Source of the DNA: Bdellovibrionales bacterium
GTDB taxonomy: Bacteria; Bdellovibrionota; Bdellovibrionia; Bdellovibrionales; UBA1609
NCBI GenBank assembly: GCA_965261545.1
Contig: CBDHDF010000010.1
Location: forward strand, 768,001 to 832,000
Direction: 5' to 3'
DNA length: 64,000 nt
Below, one piece after another: positions 1-10,146 of this stretch. The notes below the pieces were generated by a model. The model was not told the DNA's origin. It made no database searches and saw nothing but the letters and a program-made list of their open reading frames with translations. Within the stretch, counting starts at the first letter, position 1. The number at the start of each line of letters is the position of its first letter. A program made the position numbers and the translations under genes.

Positions 1-1
1 C

Positions 2-2290
2 ATTAGAGCAAACCAGGATGGAGTTAGCGCAGAAACAAGCTCATACATTGTTAATAATCTTAATCACTTTGTAACCAAATGGAGATTTTCAAGCAATTAC
101 CAATTCACTCTCCCTCTTAAATCAGGTTCATCATTAAACTATAATTTTACTGTGAATTGGGGAGATGGAACATCGAGCACAGTGACATCTTTTAATGATC
201 CCGACAAGGTACATACTTATGCAAGATCTGGAGACTATACGATTAAAATCGTAGGAACTTGTGAAGGATTTCAAAATGACTCATCTTCAAAAAGTTATCT
301 AGTTGAAGTTCCCAACCTTGGAAATATGGGATGGAAAGACCTATCGAATGCTTTTAAAGGCAACTCTTTCCTCACACATGTTGCTGGAGGAAAGACATCA
401 AGTGTGACTGATATGTCAAATATGTTTTATGACGCTCGTCAGACGAATCCAGATACAAGTGGTTGGGATACCTCTAATGTCACCAACATGGAAAATATGT
501 TTTATGACGCTCGTCAAGCCACTCCAAGTACAGGTTGGGACACCTCTAACGTCACCAATATGAAGGGTATGTTCTATCATGCCACTCAAGCTGCTCCAGA
601 TACTAGTGGATGGAATACTTCTAAGGTCACTGATATGCCATATATGTTTTATAATGCCACCCAAGCCAATCCAGATACCAGTAATTGGAATACTTCTAAT
701 GTTACAAATATGAACAACATGTTTGGACGTGCCGCTCAAGCAGATCCAGATACAAGCAATTGGGACTTTCGGAATGTCACCACCCTCAGTGAGATTTTTT
801 CGGGTTCAGGCTTATCTGTGAATAGTTATTCAGACTTTTTAGTAAATCTCGACAAAAGAATACCTACAAGTGCCAATATCAACAAAGTGATAAACGTAGG
901 CACATTGCAATACAACTTCAGTGCTGCATGGGCTCGATCCAGTTTGGTGAGTCAAAATTGGAGTATCACCGATGGAGGTTTAAGTAGAGAAGAGAGTATC
1001 AATATACCGTGGTTAACAATCTACCAACCGGCCCCTCTTTCTTTAAACCATGGAGGTATTTACAGAGTTCGAGGGACTTGCAATGCCAATGCTGGAGATG
1101 TTACGATCTCCGTTGGAGAACCTAATGTACAGAAAGATTTAGTTTGCACCGAAAATAACACATTTTCAGGAAACATCAGCGTACAATCCGTAGTTTCTCA
1201 TCCTGCGACCATCTCTGCCAGTCAGGACAGAGGCACTTCTATTATAAGTGAGTCTGTGGCTAATGAGATCAATCGCTTTGTCACAAAATGGAATATAGGT
1301 AAACCCAGTAAAACCAATCAAAAATTTACCCTCCCTTTAAAGTCATCCGCAGGATTAAAATATGACTTTACTGTGGACTGGGGAGATGGGACTACGGTAG
1401 GTACAGTGACGTCTTTTGGTGATCCCGATAAATCACATACCTATGCCACTGGTGGAAAGTATACGATTACCATTACAGGCACTATAGAAGGATTTCAAAA
1501 TAACAAAAAGACTCGCGCTAAGCTCATAGAAGTTGCTAACCTTGGAAATATGGGATGGAAAGATCTATCTTACGCCTTTGCAAAAAATATAAATCTCGTA
1601 AAGGTGAGAGGGGGAAACACATCCACCGTGGAGAATATGAGCTATATGTTTGCTGTTGCTGGTCAAGCCACTCCAGATACCAGTGGCTGGGACACTTCCC
1701 GGGTCACAAATATGAAAGCTTTGTTTAAAGGTGTCAGGCGTGCGAACCCAGATACCAGTGATTGGGATACTTCCAAGGTCACTGATATATCATATATGTT
1801 TTATAATGCCACCCAAGCCAACCCAGATACCAGTGATTGGGATACTTCCAAGGTCACTGATACATCATATATGTTTTATAGTACCACCCAAGCCAACCCA
1901 GATACCAGTGATTGGAATATTTCCAAGGTCGCTGATATGTCATATATGTTTCATCATGCTCTTCAAGCCAACCCAGATGTCAGCCAATGGGATACTTCGG
2001 AGGTCATAAATATGAAAGGAATATTTGGACGCTCCCCTAAGGCGAATCCAGATACAAGCAGTTGGGACTTTCGGAATGTTACCAAACTCAAATTTATTTT
2101 TTCAGCTTCAGGTTTATCTACTGAAAATTATTCAAAATTTTTAATAAGATTCGAAGAAAATACACCCACAGACATGAATAGCAATAAAGTAATAAATGTA
2201 GGAAAAATTCAATATAATTCCAGTGCGACATCGGCAAGAGAAAGCTTAGTGAATCATGGATGGTCCATCAAAGATGGAGGTTCAGAGTGA
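2..2290 (+). CDS. DUF285/BspA-type repeat surface protein, 5' partial (at least 2 Ig/PKD/DUF285 modules)
   Basis: Frame is open from the window start (IRANQDGVSAET...FVTKW). Has WGDG PKD-like motifs, 25-aa WDTSxVTxMxxMF repeats and a GWxIxDGG cap. Confidence 0.85.
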   Translation: MRANQDGVSAETSSYIVNNLNHFVTKWRFSSNYQFTLPLKSGSSLNYNFTVNWGDGTSSTVTSFNDPDKVHTYARSGDYTIKIVGTCEGFQNDSSSKSYLVEVPNLGNMGWKDLSNAFKGNSFLTHVAGGKTSSVTDMSNMFYDARQTNPDTSGWDTSNVTNMENMFYDARQATPSTGWDTSNVTNMKGMFYHATQAAPDTSGWNTSKVTDMPYMFYNATQANPDTSNWNTSNVTNMNNMFGRAAQADPDTSNWDFRNVTTLSEIFSGSGLSVNSYSDFLVNLDKRIPTSANINKVINVGTLQYNFSAAWARSSLVSQNWSITDGGLSREESINIPWLTIYQPAPLSLNHGGIYRVRGTCNANAGDVTISVGEPNVQKDLVCTENNTFSGNISVQSVVSHPATISASQDRGTSIISESVANEINRFVTKWNIGKPSKTNQKFTLPLKSSAGLKYDFTVDWGDGTTVGTVTSFGDPDKSHTYATGGKYTITITGTIEGFQNNKKTRAKLIEVANLGNMGWKDLSYAFAKNINLVKVRGGNTSTVENMSYMFAVAGQATPDTSGWDTSRVTNMKALFKGVRRANPDTSDWDTSKVTDISYMFYNATQANPDTSDWDTSKVTDTSYMFYSTTQANPDTSDWNISKVADMSYMFHHALQANPDVSQWDTSEVINMKGIFGRSPKANPDTSSWDFRNVTKLKFIFSASGLSTENYSKFLIRFEENTPTDMNSNKVINVGKIQYNSSATSARESLVNHGWSIKDGGSE

Positions 2291-2389
2291 ATCACGAAAA
2301 GAATAAATTTTGGAAAAACATTTTCTTCATATATAAATGGGAAAATGGAGAGAGTAAGCGTTTAATTTGTGAAATGAGGAGGTCGTAAG

Positions 2390-5300
2390 ATGAATATAAA
2401 TATGAATATGAAATTGTTATACACAATAAGATTATCTAAATCATTGCTCATTGTGCTTACTTTCTTTTTTTCTTTTTTATGCCATACCTACTCTTCTTTA
2501 GGGGTAGAAGGTTCAAATGAAGAGGTAGAAAAACCAAGCAATGAAAATTGTGATGGAGACCATAGATGTTCTGTGTGGCAAAGGTATGCAAATTTTCTAG
2601 AACAACAAGAAGAAGAAACAAATAATTTAAATTGTGAATCTGAAAATGACGATGGATCTAGCACCACAGTTTCTCCAACTGTTGCAACTCCATCTGCGAC
2701 AGTGCTGAGTATTGGCCTATTGCCCCCCATTTCTATGCTCAATGTAAAGTCCTATAATATTAGAGGAACTTGTGACTCACAATACGGAAATGTTATTGTT
2801 GTCATTGGAAATTCTTATATTCAGAAGTCTTTGACTTGCACAAGTAAAAACGAGTTTTTAGGAAACTTTAACCTAGAAGGTGGATTTTCAAATACGACCA
2901 CCATTAGAGTGTCTCAAAAAAAGGTGAACCTTAATGGGGGCGGCGCAATATCCATCGTAGTAAAAAATACAATTGTTAACACAATACATCCTTTTATAAC
3001 AAAATGGAATATTCCAAATGACAACCATCGATTCACTCTACCTCTTAAGTCAAATGAAATATTAAAATATAATTTTTTGGTGAACTGGGGAGACGGAAGT
3101 TCTGCCGAAAGAGTCACATCTTTTGATGGTCTAGATAAGGTACATACCTATAAAAAGGCTGGAAATTATACAATTAAGATTTCTGGAATTTGTGAGGGAT
3201 TTCAAAATGATGGCGTCTCAAAAAATATGTTGCTTGAGGTTGCCAATTTAGGTCAAGTTGGATGGAAGGACTTATCCAATGCTTTTAAAGGTAACTCTTC
3301 TCTCACAAAATTTCTTGGAGGAAATACATCAAAAGTCACAAATATGTCGAATATGTTTAGTAGTGCCAGCAAAGTGACCCCAAATACAAGCGGTTGGGAT
3401 ACTTCTAAAGTTACAGATATGTCGTACATGTTTTATCGTACCGGTAAAGCGACCCCAGATACAGATGGTTGGAATACTTCTAAAGTCACAAATATGTCGA
3501 ATATGTTTTCTTATACCCACAAAGCGACTTCAGATACAAGCGGATGGAATACTTCTAAGGTCACAAATATGTCGAATATGTTTTCTTATACCCACAAAGC
3601 GACTCCAGATACAAGCGGATGGAATACTTCTAAGGTCACAGATATGTCGAATATGTTTTATCATACCGCTAAAGCGACTCCAGACACAGGCAGTTGGGAT
3701 ACTTCCAGTGTTACGAATATGAAAAGTATGTTTGCCCATAGCCCCCTAGCAAATCCAGATACCAGTGGATGGAAGACTTCCAGTGTTACGAACATGGGAG
3801 GTATGTTTGCTCGTGCCTCTGAAGCGAATCCAGACACAAGTAAATGGGATACTTCTAGTGTCACAGATATGTCAAATATGTTTTATGATGCTACCAAAGC
3901 GAATCCAAACACAAGTGGCTGGAATACATCCAATGTTACGCTTATGCAGGGCTTGTTTTCTCATGCATCCCAAGCGAATCCAGATACAAGTGGTTGGGAC
4001 TTTACAGATATTACTGCACCTAGCGCGAGTTATAGTGCTCAACGCCTCCATTCTGGTATCAGTGGAATATTTCAATACTCAAGTCTTTCTATTGATAATT
4101 ATTCAAAATTTTTAATAAGATTGAATCAGAAAACACCGACAAGTCGTACAATCTCAAAAGTGATTGATGTCAGCAGATTAAAATACAATTATAGTGCTGC
4201 GACAGCTCGTCACAGCTTACAAATAAAAGGATGGACAATTCGTGATGGAGGTTTGGATAGACAATCAATGACTGGTACCAGTATCTCATTGGCTGTCAGT
4301 AACCCTTCCTCGATTTCTTCATCCAATATAGCCAATTATGTCATTAGTGGAACTTGTAATTCTTCCCTTGGAACTGTCCGTGTTGTTGTTGGACAACCAC
4401 CAGGTGTACAAAAAGATTTGCCTTGTACATCTCAGAACACATTTGCAGGAAGTTTTGATTTAAGAAATATATATTCTGCGCAGATCACCATTAACGCAAG
4501 TCAGAGCCAAGGTGGAAGCAACGTCGAAACAACTCATTCCTCGATTTTTAACGACAGCAATTACTTTATAACAAAGTGGAGATTTCCAGGCAACCATCAA
4601 TTCACTCTTCCTCTTAAAGCAGATCCATCATTGAGCTACAATTTTACTGTGGACTGGGGAGATGGAAGTAAGGGTGAGGTGACATCTTTTAATGATTCCG
4701 ATAAAGTGCATACTTATACAACAGCTGGAGACTATACAATTAAGATTGTCGGTACTTGTGAGGGATTCCAAAATAGCGTAAAAGCATCAAGAGATCATTT
4801 GCTTGAAGTGATAAACCTTGGAAATATGGGATGGAAAGATCTATCTGAAGCTTTTTTTGGGAATACTCATCTCACAACTTTTGATGGTGGAAACATATCA
4901 AATACAATAAATATCTCAAATATGTTTGCTCATTCCCCCCAAGTAACTCCAAACACAAGTCGTTGGGATACCTCCAAGGTCATCAATATGAGGTCTATGT
5001 TTGCTCATGCTTCGCAAGCGACTCCAGATACTCGTGGCTGGAGCACTTCCAAGGTCATCGATATGAGCTTTATGTTTGCCCACGCGCCGCTAGCCAACCC
5101 AGATGTAAGTCAGTGGAATACCTCTAACGTCCTCGATATGGGATATATGTTTTTTCATGCCACTCAAGCTAACCCAGACGTAAGTCGCTGGAATACATCT
5201 GGTGTCCTCAATATATCATATATGTTTAGGGGGGCCACTCAAGCCAATCCAGATGTAAGTGGTTGGGACTTTACAAATCTTGTTGATAGTAATCATCGCC

Positions 5301-8005
5301 ATGCGGTACTTACTACTATGCATGCGCAAGACAATCCTTTCTACTATCTATTTCGACGATCAGGCTTATCCGTTGAAAATTATTCGAAATTCTTAATAAA
5401 TATCAATGCAAAACCACCCACAAATATCAATATTCAGAAAGTGATTCATGTAGACACACTAAAGTACAATTATAGTGTCGTATTAGTTCGCAATGGCTTA
5501 AAGGGGAAAGGATGGGTTATCACTGATGGAGGTTTGGACAGCGAATCACCGCGTGATAATCATGTGCCATGGTTGAGGCTCGGTGATTCATTGCCCCCAC
5601 TTTCCTCATCCAATGGAGAGAGCTACACAATCCGTGGAGCTTGTAACTCAAACCTTGGAACTGTTCGTGTCATTGTTGGAGATCCTGCTATACAAAAAGA
5701 TTTACCTTGCACAGAACAAAACACGTTTTCAGGAACATTTGATTTACGAAATCAATTTTCTTCAAACATTACCATTAGGGCAAATCAGAGTGGAGTTAAC
5801 GCAGAAGCAGGCCCATCCATTGTTAACAATCTCAATCACTTTGTAACAAAATGGAGATTTCCAAGCAATTACCAATTCACTCTCCCTCTTAAATCAGGTT
5901 CATCATTAGACTATAACTTTACTGTGAATTGGGGAGATGGAGCCTCAAGCACAGTGACATCTTTTAATGATCCCGACAAGGTGCATACTTATGCAAGAGC
6001 TGGAGATTATACAATTAAGATTGTAGGAACTTATGAGGGGTTTCAAAATAACTCATCTTCAAAAAGTTATCTAGTTGAAGTTCCCAACCTTGGAAATATG
6101 GGGTGGGAGGATCTATCGAGTGCTTTTAAAGGCAACTCTTCCCTCACAAATGTTGCTGGAGGAAAGACATCAAGTGTGACCGATATGTCAAATATGTTTT
6201 ATGAAGCTGGTCAATCCACTCCAGACACAAGTAGTTGGAGCACATCTAACGTCACCAATATGTCAAATATGTTTTATGAAGCTCGTCAGGCAAACCCAGA
6301 TACAAGTGATTGGAACACCTCTAGCGTCACCAATATGTCAAATATGTTTTATGAAGCTCGTCAGGCAAACCCAAATACAAGTGGTTGGGATACCTCTAGC
6401 GTCACCAATATGTCAAATATGTTTTATGAAGCTCGTCAGGTAAACCCAGATACAAGTGATTGGAACACCTCTAGCGTCACCAATATGTCAAATATGTTTT
6501 ATGAAGCTCGTCAGGCAAACCCAGATACAAGTGATTGGAACACCTCTAGCGTCACCAATATGAGTAAAATGTTTGACCGTGCGGCTCAAGCAGATCCAGA
6601 TACAAGCAACTGGGACTTTCGGAATATCACCACTCTCACTCATATCTTTTCAGGGTCAGGTTTATCTATTGATAATTATTCAGATTTTTTAATAAGACTC
6701 AACGAAAGAATACCTACAAGCACCGATATTGAGAAAGTGATCAACGTCGGGACATTGCAATACAGGTTGAATGCTTTATTGGCCCATCACAGCCTAAGAG
6801 GGGCAAGCTGGTCCATCACTGATGGCGGTGTGGACAGTCAATCGATGAGCGGTGGTATTAATGTGCCATGGTTGAGTATCGACGCTTTATCACTGGGCCC
6901 CGTATCTTCAGTGAATGCAGCAGCCTACACGATCCATGGAACTTGTAATGCAAACCTTGGAACTGTCCGTGTTGTTGTTGGGAGATCAAACTTGCAGAAA
7001 GATCTATCTTGCACAGAAAGTAACGTATTTTCAGGAATTTTTAATTTACAAAACATGTCTTCTCCAAAAATTACTGTGAGAGCAAGTCAGGATGAAGGTC
7101 GAGCAGAAATAAATACTTCGCTTGTTAACGATCTTAATTACTTTGTGACAAAGTGGAGAATTTCAGGCAGTCGCTCCCTGACTCTCCCTCTTAAATCCGG
7201 TGCATCATTAAACTACAATTTTACTGTGGACTGGGGAGATGGAAATACAAGCGAGGTGACCTCTTTTAGTGATACCGATAAGACGCATACTTACACAACA
7301 CCCGGAGATTATACAATTAAGATCAAGGGTGTTTGTGAGGGATTCCAAAATGATTCGTCTTCAAAAAGATATTTGTTAGAGGTAAGCAACCTCGGAAATA
7401 TGGGGTGGAAAGACCTCTCTAAAGCTTTTCAGAATAACTCTGAACTCATACATGTTTTAGGAGGAAATACATCCCATGTGACCAATATGTCACATATGTT
7501 TTATGGAGCAGGCAAAGCCACTCCAGATACAAGTCGTTGGGATACTTCCAATGTCGCCAATATGTCTTTTATGTTTTCTTATGCCCTCAAAGTGGATCCA
7601 GATGTGAGTCACTGGAATACCTCCAATGTGACCAATATGAAAGGTCTATTTTATGGCACCCAAACAGCCACTCCAGATACAAGTCGTTGGAACACCTCCC
7701 GTGTCACAGATATGTCACTGGCCTTTTCCTATGCCACTCTGGCGAACCCCGATACAAGCCAATGGGATTTTACAAGCGTCACCAATATCCAGAATCTATT
7801 TTCAACATCGAGTCTATCTGTTGAAAATTACTCAAAATTTCTAATAAGCTTCGATGAAAATACACCCACAAGTACCAGTATCCAGAAAGTCATTAATGTG
7901 CATACATTGAAATACAACTCCAGTGCGGTATCGGCACGAGCCAACTTAGTAAGTCAAGGAGGGGGCTGGACCATTCATGATGGAGGAGAAGCGAGTCAGG
8001 AATGA
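2390..8005 (+). CDS. Large DUF285/BspA-type repeat surface protein, 1871 aa, four modules
   Basis: GAGGAGG RBS, N-terminal hydrophobic segment, and four copies of [Cys-containing Ig-like + PKD-like + DUF285 repeats + cap]. Confidence 0.88.
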   Translation: MNINMNMKLLYTIRLSKSLLIVLTFFFSFLCHTYSSLGVEGSNEEVEKPSNENCDGDHRCSVWQRYANFLEQQEEETNNLNCESENDDGSSTTVSPTVATPSATVLSIGLLPPISMLNVKSYNIRGTCDSQYGNVIVVIGNSYIQKSLTCTSKNEFLGNFNLEGGFSNTTTIRVSQKKVNLNGGGAISIVVKNTIVNTIHPFITKWNIPNDNHRFTLPLKSNEILKYNFLVNWGDGSSAERVTSFDGLDKVHTYKKAGNYTIKISGICEGFQNDGVSKNMLLEVANLGQVGWKDLSNAFKGNSSLTKFLGGNTSKVTNMSNMFSSASKVTPNTSGWDTSKVTDMSYMFYRTGKATPDTDGWNTSKVTNMSNMFSYTHKATSDTSGWNTSKVTNMSNMFSYTHKATPDTSGWNTSKVTDMSNMFYHTAKATPDTGSWDTSSVTNMKSMFAHSPLANPDTSGWKTSSVTNMGGMFARASEANPDTSKWDTSSVTDMSNMFYDATKANPNTSGWNTSNVTLMQGLFSHASQANPDTSGWDFTDITAPSASYSAQRLHSGISGIFQYSSLSIDNYSKFLIRLNQKTPTSRTISKVIDVSRLKYNYSAATARHSLQIKGWTIRDGGLDRQSMTGTSISLAVSNPSSISSSNIANYVISGTCNSSLGTVRVVVGQPPGVQKDLPCTSQNTFAGSFDLRNIYSAQITINASQSQGGSNVETTHSSIFNDSNYFITKWRFPGNHQFTLPLKADPSLSYNFTVDWGDGSKGEVTSFNDSDKVHTYTTAGDYTIKIVGTCEGFQNSVKASRDHLLEVINLGNMGWKDLSEAFFGNTHLTTFDGGNISNTINISNMFAHSPQVTPNTSRWDTSKVINMRSMFAHASQATPDTRGWSTSKVIDMSFMFAHAPLANPDVSQWNTSNVLDMGYMFFHATQANPDVSRWNTSGVLNISYMFRGATQANPDVSGWDFTNLVDSNHRHAVLTTMHAQDNPFYYLFRRSGLSVENYSKFLININAKPPTNINIQKVIHVDTLKYNYSVVLVRNGLKGKGWVITDGGLDSESPRDNHVPWLRLGDSLPPLSSSNGESYTIRGACNSNLGTVRVIVGDPAIQKDLPCTEQNTFSGTFDLRNQFSSNITIRANQSGVNAEAGPSIVNNLNHFVTKWRFPSNYQFTLPLKSGSSLDYNFTVNWGDGASSTVTSFNDPDKVHTYARAGDYTIKIVGTYEGFQNNSSSKSYLVEVPNLGNMGWEDLSSAFKGNSSLTNVAGGKTSSVTDMSNMFYEAGQSTPDTSSWSTSNVTNMSNMFYEARQANPDTSDWNTSSVTNMSNMFYEARQANPNTSGWDTSSVTNMSNMFYEARQVNPDTSDWNTSSVTNMSNMFYEARQANPDTSDWNTSSVTNMSKMFDRAAQADPDTSNWDFRNITTLTHIFSGSGLSIDNYSDFLIRLNERIPTSTDIEKVINVGTLQYRLNALLAHHSLRGASWSITDGGVDSQSMSGGINVPWLSIDALSLGPVSSVNAAAYTIHGTCNANLGTVRVVVGRSNLQKDLSCTESNVFSGIFNLQNMSSPKITVRASQDEGRAEINTSLVNDLNYFVTKWRISGSRSLTLPLKSGASLNYNFTVDWGDGNTSEVTSFSDTDKTHTYTTPGDYTIKIKGVCEGFQNDSSSKRYLLEVSNLGNMGWKDLSKAFQNNSELIHVLGGNTSHVTNMSHMFYGAGKATPDTSRWDTSNVANMSFMFSYALKVDPDVSHWNTSNVTNMKGLFYGTQTATPDTSRWNTSRVTDMSLAFSYATLANPDTSQWDFTSVTNIQNLFSTSSLSVENYSKFLISFDENTPTSTSIQKVINVHTLKYNSSAVSARANLVSQGGGWTIHDGGEASQE
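6250..6562 (+). repeat. Near-perfect 75-bp coding tandem repeat (4+ units)
   Basis: cgtcaccaatatg recurs at 6250, 6325, 6400, 6475 and 6550. Similar arrays lie at about 3330-3990 and 1740-1980. Confidence 0.9.
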
Positions 8006-8254
8006 AGAGAGAGGTATATCTAAGAGTCAATGCCGTTTCCTTAAGAAAAATCTCTTGAAATTATTAGATAAATCGACAAGAATAAGACTTGTTTTATTTT
8101 ACACCGGGACTGTAAAAATAATTGTGTAACTGCAATTTTTTTCTTAAATCTTAAAGCCACTTATGTGGCTCCACTCCTGGTAAAAAGCACAGTCCCATAT
8201 TATTCGTCAATGTATAATTGACATTTTTTCCTTCAAGCGATTTTGTCAGTCACA

Positions 8255-8407
8255 ATGCATTATAAGTTAATGGGGAGGTGGACATCTTCGCTGGTCTATA
8301 TAATTGGCCTCTTTAGTTACTCTGGACTTTTGATTGTATTATGGAGCCGTAATGGGATCATATCAGAACTGGAAAGAACTCAAATAAATAATTATCATCT
8401 TGGTTGA
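8255..8407 (+). CDS. Putative 50-aa single-TM peptide in the IS256 tail
   Basis: MHYKLMGRWTSSLVYIIGLFSYSGLLIVLWSRNGIISELERTQINNYHLG. Below the ORF-track cutoff; no homology evidence. Confidence 0.35.
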   Translation: MHYKLMGRWTSSLVYIIGLFSYSGLLIVLWSRNGIISELERTQINNYHLG

Positions 8408-8431
8408 AAAAAAATCAGCAATGGCTCTCTC

Positions 8432-8624
8432 AAAAAAATGGAAATTCCAATCTCATCAAAGGGTTCATGTGTTTAGGTTCCCATACTATATTACCCCCTT
8501 TTTTTTATTTTTTTTAACTTAGGATATTCGAGAAATACCAGAATTGGGATGAAATATGAAAAAAAATGGGAACCCAAATCTGCACCAAGAGGGCATGTAT
8601 TTAGGTTCCCATACTATATTACCC
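8432..8624 (-). repeat. Two ~65-nt hairpin + poly-T units (8559-8624, 8432-8496)
   Basis: Shared 31 nt (plus strand catgtRtttaggttcccatactatattaccc). On the minus strand each closes a stem starting atgggaac and ends in T7-8. Confidence 0.75.
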
Positions 8625-8631
8625 TAACCAT

Positions 8632-10048
8632 CAATGCCGTTTCCTTAAGAAAAATCTCTTGAAATTATTAGATAAATCGACAAGAATAAGACTTGTTTTA
8701 TTTTACACCCAACCCTCAACCAAGGAGTAAGTCACATGCAATCCAATATTGATCTCGAAAGCCCCCAAATGACGAGTTCGCGTCACAGATGACCATTTTA
8801 TTCTACCAAAACTTGATTCTTCCTTCAAGCCAGAGCACCTTGTCGATCCAGAAAAACAAAAAAGGAATCGAAAATTTAATCCTCAAATTTTCTTTTTTAC
8901 CATTATCTATCTTATTTCCGGAACAAATTACGAAGGCTACCAAATCGCTCTTAAGACGGTATGGACTCATTTTGGTGACCTGCTTCTCATGCCAGTCAAA
9001 AGCAGTCTCAGCAAGATACGTCAAAGTATTTCTTACCTATTTTTCAAAGATATCTTTGAATCTCTGATTACAGACTACGAACCATTGAGAAAAACGTTTC
9101 ATGGTTTTTATATCTATGCCATAGATGGCGACCAATTAGCACTTCCTCGCTCTAAAGATCTTTTAAAGGAGGGTTATTGTGGGTACCCTTGCCCAAATGA
9201 GATGGAAACTCATTTCTTACGTATGTATCTATCTCATGCTTATGACGTTTTATCGGGTGTGACAAAGAATCTTTGCTTTTCTCCCGCTCTCAACGAAATC
9301 GCCAATGCTATTCAAATGATAGGTAGTTTTGAGAGTAATAGCATAACTCTCTACGATAGGCTTTATTTATCTACAGAGATTATTAAGGCCCATGCTCAAG
9401 CCAGTAACTTCTTTATTGCGCGTTGTAAGCGAGGCTCTACTTTTATCCCCATTGTAAATTTATTTAATGGCCCAGGTTGGTATTCACGAATGGTTATTGA
9501 GGGGGTGGTCATTCATCTCTATAAGTATAAAAACCCAAAGACTGGGGAGTTCTCTGTTTTGGCCACTAATCTTCCGCATGGCTCCTTGGACAAGAAGGAT
9601 ATGGTTGCTCTTTACTCTCGTCGTTGGGAAATAGAAACGACATTTCGTGATTTTACATCGACAATGAAAATGGAGCAGTGGCACTCAACAAGCCTTAATG
9701 GAATATTGCAAGAGCTGTATTCTTATTTTTGGCTCTTCAATTATACAAAGATTCAAATGAGCATAAATGAGGATGAAGACAGTGTGAATCAGTTGGTAAA
9801 AAATGACTACAAAAAACCTAACTTTAAACTGATTCTTGATTTCATAATGGATAGCATCCCTCTTTTTGTTGCGGGGCTCTATCAGAAATTTAGGAAGCAG
9901 ATAAAGTTGCTGATGAAGATTTCAATGGAGAAGAGGAGGCACTTCAAAAGAAGCTATGAAAGGTCTATCAAAAGGGCTGGGAGTTCTTTTAAAAGAAATA
10001 GCTTAACGCAGAGGCAGAGGGGTGTGGTGGCTTAAGGAAACGGCATTG
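8632..10048 (+). mobile_element. IS4-A, complete 1417-bp copy
   Basis: Same IRs; 11-bp TSD accctaaccat at 8621-8631 and 10049-10059. Confidence 0.95.
8989..10035 (+). CDS. IS4-family transposase (frame is open from 8773)
   Basis: AIDG, YDR and YxxRWxIE motifs. Confidence 0.92.
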   Translation: MPVKSSLSKIRQSISYLFFKDIFESLITDYEPLRKTFHGFYIYAIDGDQLALPRSKDLLKEGYCGYPCPNEMETHFLRMYLSHAYDVLSGVTKNLCFSPALNEIANAIQMIGSFESNSITLYDRLYLSTEIIKAHAQASNFFIARCKRGSTFIPIVNLFNGPGWYSRMVIEGVVIHLYKYKNPKTGEFSVLATNLPHGSLDKKDMVALYSRRWEIETTFRDFTSTMKMEQWHSTSLNGILQELYSYFWLFNYTKIQMSINEDEDSVNQLVKNDYKKPNFKLILDFIMDSIPLFVAGLYQKFRKQIKLLMKISMEKRRHFKRSYERSIKRAGSSFKRNSLTQRQRGVVA

Positions 10049-10146
10049 ACCCTAACCATAGTCTCGGTATTCCAGTACTTCTGTCAACGCCTTAGAGGGG
10101 CTTTTAAGCCCCCTTATAAGGCAGGTGGTGGACCTTATTAAAAAAC

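Noticed and set aside
416..7844. Alternative-frame and antisense ORFs in the DUF285 genes
   Set aside because: Shadows of periodic 75-bp coding repeats.
8789..9067. 92-aa ORF in every IS4-A copy as a separate gene
   Set aside because: It overlaps the frame that carries the IS4 N-terminal motifs, and its recurrence only reflects identical IS copies.
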